Positions 56,395 through 64,000 of a DNA stretch of 64,000 nt are shown piece by piece. The notes below the pieces were generated by a model, which was not told the origin of the DNA, searched no databases, and saw only the letters and a program-made list of their open reading frames with translations. Source of the stretch: Minisyncoccota bacterium (GTDB lineage Bacteria > Patescibacteriota > Minisyncoccia > Phycocordibacterales > CAIJYI01). The stretch covers positions 14,422 to 78,421 of the forward strand of contig JALNYN010000001.1 in assembly GCA_023229825.1 (NCBI GenBank). The letters run 5' to 3'. Numbering within the stretch: the first letter of the stretch is position 1; each line of letters begins with the position of its first letter. The translations under genes were made by a program, and so were the position numbers.

Positions 56395-58350
56395 ATGAAA
56401 GAAACAAAAAAAGACAAAAATTTAAATAATAATGAGGAGGAAATGAAGCCTCAGAAAAATAATAAGCCGAAACTTCCCGATATCAGTCCTTCAAAACGGT
56501 TTTTTACCAACATCGGCGGATCTCTGCTTATTTTTTTCGTGCTGATCACTCTCTATTCATTCGTTTCGGGCGAACAAGCAAAGAAACCGGACGAGATCAC
56601 TCTGACGCAGCTGGCTTCCTATGTGAAAAAAGGGGAAGTGAAAGCGGTGACGATCGACGGTGAAAAACTTACCGTTGACCTGAAGAATAAACAGCAAAAA
56701 GAGGCGAAAAAAGAATTGGAAAATTCGCTTTCTCAGTCGCTCGTCAATTACGGCGTCAGTCCGGAACAGATCTCTGGCGTTCAGCTCAAAATCGTCGATG
56801 GCACGGGATTTTGGTATTGGTTTATGAATTTGGCACCGATCTTGATCCCCGTCATTTTCATCCTGCTTTTTTTCTGGATCATCACGCGGCAAGTGAAAGG
56901 CGCGGGCGTGCAGGCATTTACTTTTGGGCAATCGAAAGCGCGCATCATCGATCCTGATGATCAAAATCAGCTCGTGACATTTAAAGATGTTGCGGGAGTG
57001 AAAGAAGCGAAAGAAGAACTGCTGGAGATCGTCGACTTCCTGAAAAATCCGAAAAAATTCTTGGACATCGGTGCGAGGATCCCGAAAGGCGTGATACTGA
57101 TGGGTGCGCCGGGAACGGGGAAGACGCTGCTTGCTCGCGCGGTTGCGGGCGAAGCGCACGTACCATTCTTCCATCTGTCGGGTTCGGAATTCGTCGAGAT
57201 GTTCGTCGGTGTGGGAGCTTCCCGCGTGCGCGATCTTTTCAAGATGGCGAAAAAAATGGCGCCCGCTATCATATTTATCGACGAGATCGACGCGGTCGGA
57301 CGCGTGCGCGGTACCGGTGTTGGAGGAGGGAATGACGAACGCGAACAGACACTCAACCAGATATTGGTGGAGATGGACGGGTTCGAACCGAATGAAAAAG
57401 TTATTGTCATCGCCGCGACGAATCGTCCCGATGTGCTCGATCCCGCACTCCTTCGTCCCGGACGTTTTGATCGGCGCGTTACCCTCGACCTGCCTGATCT
57501 CGAAGATCGCGAAGAGATCTTGAAAATTTACGCGCGCAAAAAACCGTTTGCGGAAGATGTGAACTTGCGGACCCTCGCCGAACGAACTCCCGGATTCTCC
57601 GGTGCCGATCTGTATTCGCTTATGAATGAAGGCGCGATCCTTGCCGCCCGCGAAGCGCGCAAAAAAGTCGCGCAGTTCGATCTTATCCGTTCCATTGAAA
57701 AGGTCATGCTCGGACCTGAACGCAAAAGCCATCTGCTTTCCAAAGACGAAAAGAAGATCACCGCCTATCACGAAGTCGGACACGCGCTCGTCGCTTCCGT
57801 GCTTCCTCTCGCTGATCCGGTTCAAAAAGTTTCGATCATTTCCCGAGGACACGCCGCCGGCTATACGCTTACGCTCCCGCTCGAAGAAAGAAAATTGCAG
57901 ACCAAAAAAGAATTTCTCGATGATATTGCGAAAGCGCTCGGAGGATATTCCGCAGAAAAATTAATATTCGGAGATATCACGACGGGACCGTCGAATGACT
58001 TGCAGGTTGCGACTGCGCTCGCGAGGAATATGGTCACGCGCTGGGGAATGTCCGACAAGATAGGACCGGTTGCGCTCGAAGATCCGTCAGGGAAAGTTAT
58101 TTACGGACGCGGGATCGGCGAGAAAGAATATTCCGAACAGGTATCCGCGCTGGTTGATGAGGAAGTGTCAGCGATCATGAACGAAGGTTTGAAAAGAGCG
58201 AACGAAGTGCTGGAAACGCATCGAAAAGCCCTCGATATGATCTCGGCGGAACTTATCCGCGTGGAAACGATAGAACACAAAGAATTTGAAAATCTCTTGA
58301 TCGCGAATGGCATCGTACCGAAGAAAAAAATAGAAGAGGAGGTTAAATAA
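56395..58350 (+). CDS. ftsH: ATP-dependent zinc metalloprotease FtsH
   Basis: AAA Walker [17 protein letters not shown] region, HEVGHALV zinc site, N-terminal TM. Confidence 0.93.
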   Translation: MKETKKDKNLNNNEEEMKPQKNNKPKLPDISPSKRFFTNIGGSLLIFFVLITLYSFVSGEQAKKPDEITLTQLASYVKKGEVKAVTIDGEKLTVDLKNKQQKEAKKELENSLSQSLVNYGVSPEQISGVQLKIVDGTGFWYWFMNLAPILIPVIFILLFFWIITRQVKGAGVQAFTFGQSKARIIDPDDQNQLVTFKDVAGVKEAKEELLEIVDFLKNPKKFLDIGARIPKGVILMGAPGTGKTLLARAVAGEAHVPFFHLSGSEFVEMFVGVGASRVRDLFKMAKKMAPAIIFIDEIDAVGRVRGTGVGGGNDEREQTLNQILVEMDGFEPNEKVIVIAATNRPDVLDPALLRPGRFDRRVTLDLPDLEDREEILKIYARKKPFAEDVNLRTLAERTPGFSGADLYSLMNEGAILAAREARKKVAQFDLIRSIEKVMLGPERKSHLLSKDEKKITAYHEVGHALVASVLPLADPVQKVSIISRGHAAGYTLTLPLEERKLQTKKEFLDDIAKALGGYSAEKLIFGDITTGPSNDLQVATALARNMVTRWGMSDKIGPVALEDPSGKVIYGRGIGEKEYSEQVSALVDEEVSAIMNEGLKRANEVLETHRKALDMISAELIRVETIEHKEFENLLIANGIVPKKKIEEEVK

Positions 58351-58470
58351 CAAAAACAAAAACATCCCGATAAAAGTTCGGGATGTTTTTTATCGCGGCG
58401 GATCATTTTTGACAGGATAAATAAAAACCTGTATTCTTGAAACGGTTTTGTTGTTTGTAAGGAGAAAGCA

Positions 58471-58827
58471 GTGGAAGTAAAAACATCCAAACCGCATATT
58501 GTTTATATATGGGAATTGGCCCTGAATGTTGATCAGAAGTTATATTACAACGTATACGTACGACATGCCCTTGATCCCATATTGGAACGAGGCGAGTCTT
58601 TTCCGGTTCTCATCGGAGTAACCGACAGCATTGAGACAGATAAAGTATATCCGCTCAATCACCCGAATTTTTCCGAACTGGGCACAAGCCATTTTCCTTA
58701 TGATCCTGAAGTGAGTACGGAAGGATACTTGCGTCACTCCGCCGTTTTTCCAATACCGGTCTCTGTCATAAAGGAAGTCTTGGAATTTTTGAAGCAGCGC
58801 ACGCCGAAAGAAAGGAGGTTTTTATGA
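58471..58827 (+). CDS. hypothetical protein
   Basis: RBS aaggagaaagcagtgg..; 4-nt overlap with the next ORF. Confidence 0.5.
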   Translation: MEVKTSKPHIVYIWELALNVDQKLYYNVYVRHALDPILERGESFPVLIGVTDSIETDKVYPLNHPNFSELGTSHFPYDPEVSTEGYLRHSAVFPIPVSVIKEVLEFLKQRTPKERRFL

Positions 58828-59156
58828 GCGATCTTCATCCTCGCTATTCTCACGCCGGTTTTTCTCTGGAATACCGAGAGATAGGCTGCGTTTGGGGTTG
58901 GTTTACTCGGGAATGTATTCCCATGGCTCCGTTTTTTGTCACGTATGTGAAAGACGGGCTCGTATTTGTCATTCCTTACGGCGTATTCTGCGGCGGTCGC
59001 GCCTGCGTTTATACCGATGCCTATTGCGTCGGACAAAAAACCGCGACAGGAAAAATTTCCGAAGCGTACCAATGGGAAGATCGGATGGAGCATCATGGAT
59101 TTACTCCAGAATTGATAAAAAAGATAAAAGATTTTCTCAGGACCGAAAATAGATGA
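58824..59156 (+). CDS. hypothetical Cys-containing small protein
   Basis: Translationally coupled (ATGA overlap); terminator at 59163-59198. Confidence 0.5.
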   Translation: MSDLHPRYSHAGFSLEYREIGCVWGWFTRECIPMAPFFVTYVKDGLVFVIPYGVFCGGRACVYTDAYCVGQKTATGKISEAYQWEDRMEHHGFTPELIKKIKDFLRTENR

Positions 59157-59198
59157 AAGTACCAAGCTCCGCACACAATGCGGAGCTTGTTTTTTTTG

Positions 59199-59308
59199 TC
59201 GTCGTCGGACGGGATTTGTATCCCGTTCGAAACGCTTGAAGAAAACGCTGAACGCAGTAATTTCAAACGTTTCGAACGAAGGTACAACCTTCGTCCGGCG
59301 GACGAGGG
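59199..59308. repeat. Family-A inverted pair (GGACGGGATTTGTATCCCGTTCGAAACGCTTG ... CAAACGTTTCGAACGAAGGTACAACCTTCGTCCGGCGG)
   Basis: Loop TACAA(A) conserved; stems differ from other copies but remain complementary. Confidence 0.6.
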
Positions 59309-59403
59309 CGGTTTCAAACACAGACTATTGACACATTGTCAACAAATTGGTAAGTTGGTGCCAGATTGTGATTTTTGGCAATCATTACGAAATTTAGGAG
59401 AGT

Positions 59404-59685
59404 GTGATGAGAAAAATCTTAGTGGTATTGGTACTGGTCGTGGTTTGGCTCGGATTTGTCGAGTATGCTCATTCTGAAGGAATACGGGCGGCGCAATTAA
59501 AACCGGAGACTCATAATGGAATCATCTCCACGGTGAAAATTCATATTAATGGTCTTGGCCTTGATGGCTATTATGTTAAAGACACGAACGCCGTTCCTCC
59601 ATTGTGTTATTTTCAAGGTAGTGGCGGTGGCGAAATGACGCTTGTACCTTGTGAAAATCTCAAATATTACTTTGGCGATAAGTAA
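59404..59685 (+). CDS. small secreted protein (signal peptide)
   Basis: RBS ggagagtgtgATG; hydrophobic N-terminus. Confidence 0.5.
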   Translation: MMRKILVVLVLVVVWLGFVEYAHSEGIRAAQLKPETHNGIISTVKIHINGLGLDGYYVKDTNAVPPLCYFQGSGGGEMTLVPCENLKYYFGDK

Positions 59686-59772
59686 GCGACAAGTCGAAAG
59701 GGTCGGAGCTTCCGGCCCCTTTTTTATTGGGATTGTGAGACGAAAAGAGTAGGTGGTAAAACCCACCCCACC

Positions 59773-59911
59773 CCAACCCTCCCCTCTGAAGAGAGGGAGG
59801 GGGCACGACGATGGTATAATTTGTCTGGCGTTCGTATTCCTTAAATCCGTTAATCCGTAAATCCTAAATCTTCGTTCGTCGTCCCCCGATACTGATACTT
59901 CTCCCTGATAC
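59773..59911. repeat. Family-D hairpin (59773-59810), TAAATCC heptamer run (59839-59870) and family-E terminus (59877-59911)
   Basis: CCCTCCCCTCTGAAGAGAGGGAGGG; CCCGATACTGATACTTCTCCCTGATAC. Confidence 0.55.
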
Positions 59912-60123
59912 ATTGCCAATGTCCCTTGACTATTTCCGCCGGTTTGCTATGATGTTTATCACTTGTCGATACCGCACTTATGCATATTTTTTGTATGCGG
60001 AATTGCGACGGCATCTTTATTATCGAAACCATTTATTAGAAAAATAACGTTTATTATTAACGGCCGTGGCTCAGTTGATCACTCTTAAGAGCTGAGCTTT
60101 GGCCGGTAAATAAAAAAAATAAT

Positions 60124-61320
60124 ATGGCAGCAGAAGAATTCAAGCGGGATAAACCGCACGTAAATGTAGGTACTATCGGACACGTCGACCACGGCAAGAC
60201 CACTCTTACCGCGGCTATTCTCCATGTTCTCGACATGGCGGGAAAGACGGTTAAATTGAAAAGCGTTGACCAGATCGACTCAGCGCCGGAGGAAAAAGCT
60301 CGCGGAATTACGATCGCGCTTTCTCACAATGAATATTCGACCGATGCTCGCCATTATGCGCACATCGACGCTCCCGGACATGCTGACTATATTAAGAACA
60401 TGATCACCGGAGCCGCTCAGATGGACGGTGCGATCCTCGTGGTTGCCGCCCCGGACGGAGCTATGCCTCAGACTCGCGAACACATCTTGCTCGCGCGACA
60501 GGTTGGAGTACCGAAAATGATGGTATTCTTGAACAAATGCGATCTCGTTGATGATCCGGATCTGATCGAGCTCGTCGAAGAAGAAATTCGCGAACTTTTG
60601 ACCAAACAAGGATTTGACGGCGCGAACGCTCCTATTATCCGCGGTTCTGCGACCAAAGCTCTCGCTTCGAAAGATCTCAACGATCCTGACGCGAAAGCGA
60701 TCTTGGCGCTCTGCGATGCGATGGACACCTATATCCCGGTCCCTGAGAGAAAGACCGATCTTCCGTTCCTTATGCCGGTTGAAGACATCTTCACCATTGA
60801 AGGACGCGGAACTGTCGCCACAGGACGTATCGAACGCGGTACGGTCAAAGTCGGAGAAGAAATCGAGATCGTCGGACTCAAACCGACCGTTAAGACGACC
60901 ATCACCGGTATCGAAATGTTCAACAAATCTCTCAAGGAAGGATTTGCCGGAGACAATGCCGGAGTTCTGCTCCGCGGAGTCAAGAAGGAAGACGTTACTC
61001 GCGGACAAGTACTCGCGAAACCGGGTTCCGTTACTCCTCACACCGAATTCACCGGAGAGGTTTACATTCTCTCGAAAGAAGAAGGAGGACGCCACACACC
61101 GTTCTTCACCGGATACAAACCGCAATTCTATATTCGCACCACTGACGTTACCGGAGAAGTTACCTTGAACGAAGGAGTGGAAATGGTTATGCCGGGAGAT
61201 ACTGTCACTTTCAAAGTTAAGCTTATCATGCCGGTCGCGCTCGAAGAGAAGATGCGTTTCGCGGTCCGCGAAGGAGGACGAACCGTAGGATCAGGGGTTG
61301 TAACCTCGATCATTGCGTAA
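60124..61320 (+). CDS. tuf: elongation factor Tu
   Basis: [22 protein letters not shown] motifs; full length. Confidence 0.97.
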   Translation: MAAEEFKRDKPHVNVGTIGHVDHGKTTLTAAILHVLDMAGKTVKLKSVDQIDSAPEEKARGITIALSHNEYSTDARHYAHIDAPGHADYIKNMITGAAQMDGAILVVAAPDGAMPQTREHILLARQVGVPKMMVFLNKCDLVDDPDLIELVEEEIRELLTKQGFDGANAPIIRGSATKALASKDLNDPDAKAILALCDAMDTYIPVPERKTDLPFLMPVEDIFTIEGRGTVATGRIERGTVKVGEEIEIVGLKPTVKTTITGIEMFNKSLKEGFAGDNAGVLLRGVKKEDVTRGQVLAKPGSVTPHTEFTGEVYILSKEEGGRHTPFFTGYKPQFYIRTTDVTGEVTLNEGVEMVMPGDTVTFKVKLIMPVALEEKMRFAVREGGRTVGSGVVTSIIA

Positions 61321-61322
61321 AA

Positions 61323-61406
61323 AGCTTTTAGCTTTTAGCTGTTAGCTTATAGACGTATCGTCGTCCGTACCCTAAAACCTAAAACCTAAAACCTAAAACC
61401 TAAAAA
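61323..61406. repeat. Family-C element in the tuf-rpsJ spacer (AGCTTTTAG arm - GACGTATCGTCG core - (CCTAAAA)x5 arm)
   Basis: agcttttagcttttagctgttagcttatagacgtatcgtcgtccgtaccctaaaacctaaaacctaaaacctaaaacctaaaa. Confidence 0.7.
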
Positions 61407-61407
61407 G

Positions 61408-61833
61408 ATGCCTACAAAAACCACGACAACTAAACCGGCGGCCAAAGCGGTAAAACCGAAAGCGGCAGCACCTAAGGCTCCCGTGAAAGCGGTAAAAGCG
61501 GCGGTCGCGAAACCGAAAGGCGACGAGTTTCAGAAGCTTCGTATTCGCGTTCGCGCGTACGAGCACAAGATCCTCGATGCTTCGGTAAAGCAGATCATCG
61601 ACACGGCAGTTCGCTATGATGCGAAAGTGCTTGGCCCGATACCTCTACCTGCTGAGATCAAGAAATACACGGTCAACCGATCAACATTCGTTCACAAAGA
61701 TGCAAGGGAACAGTTTGAGATCCGCACGCACAAGCGCCTGATCGACATTCTGAACCCCAGCCCGAAAGTGATCGAGGCTCTCACGAACCTCTCGCTTCCG
61801 TCCGGAGTGAATATCGATGTTAAAATGATCTAA
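61408..61833 (+). CDS. rpsJ: 30S ribosomal protein S10 with a Lys/Ala-rich N-terminal extension
   Basis: QKLRIRVRAYEHKILDAS...; conserved tuf-rpsJ order. Confidence 0.9.
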   Translation: MPTKTTTTKPAAKAVKPKAAAPKAPVKAVKAAVAKPKGDEFQKLRIRVRAYEHKILDASVKQIIDTAVRYDAKVLGPIPLPAEIKKYTVNRSTFVHKDAREQFEIRTHKRLIDILNPSPKVIEALTNLSLPSGVNIDVKMI

Positions 61834-61897
61834 TTATAATATCAAAGGTTACAAAAACACACGGCAAAAGACGTGTGTTTTTGTCGGTTCATTCCAT

Positions 61898-61913
61898 GAA
61901 GGACGGTCCTTGG
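61898..61913. repeat. REP2 palindrome (GAAGGACGGTCCTTGG) upstream of RAYT2; further copies at 62110-62130 (inside the ORF) and 62661-62682 (downstream)
   Basis: Core CGGTCCT shared with REP1 (GGGCGGTCCTCGG). Confidence 0.65.
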
Positions 61914-61944
61914 TTTATATTTTAGGCATGGTATACTCATATTT

Positions 61945-62655
61945 ATGAAACGCCATTTTGCCTTTGCTCCCGATGAATATTATCACGTTTACAACAGAGG
62001 GACGGAAAGACGTGTTATTTTTGAAGATGATCATGATTATAAAAGATTTCTCGTACTTTTATACCTAAGCAACGGCACCGCTGCGATTGACCTAAACGAA
62101 TATTTTTCTCAGGAAGGACGGTCCTTCCTTGAACTCTTTAGGGCTAACCGCGGGTCGCAAATTGTGGATGTGGGATCGTATTGCCTTATGCCTAATCATT
62201 TTCATTTACTGCTTCGAGAAAAAGTAGACGGAGGCGTCAGTACTTTTATGAAAAAACTTGGGACAGCTTATTCCACATATTTTAATAAAAAAAATACGCG
62301 GGTCGGACCGTTGTTCCAAGGTCGCTTTAAAGCGCAGCATGTTGATATTGACAATTATTTAAAATATCTGTTTTCATATATTCATTTGAACCCTGTAAAA
62401 CTCATTGATCCAAAATGGAAGGAGAAGGGGATTTTTGACATGAAAAAGACTAAAGAATATTTGAACGAATACCCATACTCAAGTTATCAGAACTTTCTCG
62501 GGAGGAAACAAATTGAAAAGGTGATACTAACCAGAAACCGCTTTCCTGAATACTTTAAAACAACGCATGACTTTGAAGAGTTTATAAATGATTGGCTGAC
62601 GTTTGACGATGAGTTTGATGTCCGTAGACCGTCAGGAAAGAGAAAAAGACTGTAA
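61945..62655 (+). CDS. REP-associated tyrosine transposase (RAYT), paralog 2
   Basis: CLMPNHFHLLLRE and YLFSYIHLNPVKL; flanked by REP2 palindromes; one REP2 copy lies in-frame within the ORF (encodes QEGRSFLE). Confidence 0.85.
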   Translation: MKRHFAFAPDEYYHVYNRGTERRVIFEDDHDYKRFLVLLYLSNGTAAIDLNEYFSQEGRSFLELFRANRGSQIVDVGSYCLMPNHFHLLLREKVDGGVSTFMKKLGTAYSTYFNKKNTRVGPLFQGRFKAQHVDIDNYLKYLFSYIHLNPVKLIDPKWKEKGIFDMKKTKEYLNEYPYSSYQNFLGRKQIEKVILTRNRFPEYFKTTHDFEEFINDWLTFDDEFDVRRPSGKRKRL

Positions 62656-62835
62656 AATGACAAGGAAGGACCGTCCTTCCTGTAAAAGTTTGACAATACC
62701 TATTTGTTTGTTAGTATCAAAACCAGATTGCTGTGATGGTTGCGGATAGTTCGCAACCGTTTGAACAGCAACGGGAACCTTGTAAAACCCGCCGTCGCTC
62801 TCGACGAGCTATGGCGAGGCAAAGGAGAAACTGTC

Positions 62836-63522
62836 ATGAATAAGACGACTAAAGTTGTCACAGACGGTACAAAAATGAGCAATGAGCAGCTTGGCTTGCT
62901 GACTCGCCGCCATGATGAAATTAAACGAAGGATCAATGAAGGGGCAATTCATTTTGATGAAGTTGCAAAAGGATACCAGGCCATCACCGAAGGAGGAAGA
63001 ATTATTCAGCCGATCGTGATGCCGATGTTTACCGTTACCGCAACTGGAAAAGCACTGAAATATTCCCTTGGTCAACTTCGAAAAAAATGGTGTGTGGTTA
63101 GTGCCGGAACGGAACGATACGATTCGCTGGATCCTCCGCTTCAAAAAGGAAAAATACTTCTTCTTGGAATTATTCATTGTGATGAATTTCATCCCGATGA
63201 GCTCGAAACATCTATTATCAGGAAAGAAGCTCATCGAAGAGGATGGATCTCTCCACCGGCAGAAGTCGCTTGTCTCCTGCGCGAAAAATTTTCTACAGAG
63301 GATATTAATTCATTTGGTCTTACGCGGCTTGCTATAATGCATGAGCCATATCCTGACAAAACACCATATCTTGATCCTACGGATAGGAAGTCATGGGTTT
63401 GGACGCTTTGCGGACATGATACTCCTATCGGCGCGCTCCACGGAATACGATGCATGAGCTGGAATTATTTCAGCGAGGATCGGTACGGATTTGTGTTTCA
63501 AATCCCAAACTTCATCGGTTAA
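62836..63522 (+). CDS. hypothetical protein
   Basis: Strong SD aaggagaaactgtcATG; 228 aa. Confidence 0.55.
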   Translation: MNKTTKVVTDGTKMSNEQLGLLTRRHDEIKRRINEGAIHFDEVAKGYQAITEGGRIIQPIVMPMFTVTATGKALKYSLGQLRKKWCVVSAGTERYDSLDPPLQKGKILLLGIIHCDEFHPDELETSIIRKEAHRRGWISPPAEVACLLREKFSTEDINSFGLTRLAIMHEPYPDKTPYLDPTDRKSWVWTLCGHDTPIGALHGIRCMSWNYFSEDRYGFVFQIPNFIG

Positions 63523-63642
63523 TATAAAATAGAAAATATTTACTCCCGCTTTGGCTTCAACCGAGGCGGGTTTTTAAAAAATTGACGATATTTTTTTAAT
63601 ATGTTTTACTCTAAAGAGATATAATTATTTGCGGAGGTTAAA

Positions 63643-63885
63643 ATGGGTTTGAGTCAATTCTGCGGTTTTGTTCTTATTCTTTGCGTGGTTTCACTCTTGA
63701 TAGTCCTTGCGATCGGGGCCGGTGCTTTGCTGCTGAAAAATTTTTTTCGATTTTTAATTTGGATAGGACGGGGAACATCGGAAAAAGCGAAAATATTTGT
63801 TCGTGATCAGTTGCCGGAATGTTGCCGGTTTCATCGACATCATTGCGAGCGTCATTGCCCTCACAACAAAAGAAAAACAGAGTAA
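63643..63885 (+). CDS. small membrane protein with Cys/His-rich C-terminal tail (CCRFHRHHCERHCPH)
   Basis: RBS ggaggttaaaATG; terminator at 63886-63917. Confidence 0.4.
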   Translation: MGLSQFCGFVLILCVVSLLIVLAIGAGALLLKNFFRFLIWIGRGTSEKAKIFVRDQLPECCRFHRHHCERHCPHNKRKTE

Positions 63886-64000
63886 AAAAAAGTCTCGGCA
63901 ACCGTCGAGACTTTTTATATTATACCGCTTTGTTTTTTTGCTCGCTTTTTATCCTCTCTGAACGGACGAGGAAAAATGTCCCTACCCATGAACCGAGAAC

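Noticed and set aside
60061-60106. tRNA-like sequence GGCCGTGGCTCAGTTG... upstream of tuf
   Set aside because: No T-arm, the D-loop would be 16 nt, and the 3' half is simply the complement of the 5' half. It is a hairpin, possibly a tRNA remnant or attenuator, not a functional tRNA.

Overview
This is a dense bacterial chromosomal window with genes on both strands. Its character is consistent with a small-genome, host-associated bacterium of the Candidate-Phyla-Radiation (CPR) or Patescibacteria type; that identification is an inference from gene content, not a database result.

Housekeeping genes I recognise:
- adk-map, ndk, rpmI-rplT-infC, tuf-rpsJ, ftsH, smpB next to a tmRNA, an ECF sigma with its anti-sigma, ald, bcp, and a pair of ClpP-like genes.

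Accessory and unusual content:
- two REP-associated tyrosine transposase (RAYT, IS200-like Y1) genes, each flanked by perfect palindromes;
- at least five further families of short structured repeats (A to F below) that combine modularly into MITE-like units;
- an IVS-like inverted-repeat element (family C) in three places: split around a 23S-rRNA-IVS four-helix-bundle gene, and as intact copies without a gene in the rpmI-infC and tuf-rpsJ spacers;
- two giant secreted LCAT/PGAP1-like lipases (GHSMGG nucleophile elbow plus YDWR motif), each followed by a conserved small membrane protein ending ...IYKSIKLRGK;
- a giant cell-surface protein with a peptidoglycan-binding domain, and a beta-helix protein fused to NlpC/P60;
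- a VirD4/TraD-like P-loop ATPase with a long unique N-terminus;
- next to the 3' end of ssrA, a tightly coupled three-gene cluster (C5 cytosine methyltransferase, a protein with two GHKL ATPase modules, and a receiver-domain protein with a C-terminal Rx4H motif) that I flag as a candidate uncharacterised defence or conflict system.

Several genes appear to be leaderless (TATAAT 6 to 7 nt before the ATG). All calls rest on reading motifs in the sequence; no searches were run.
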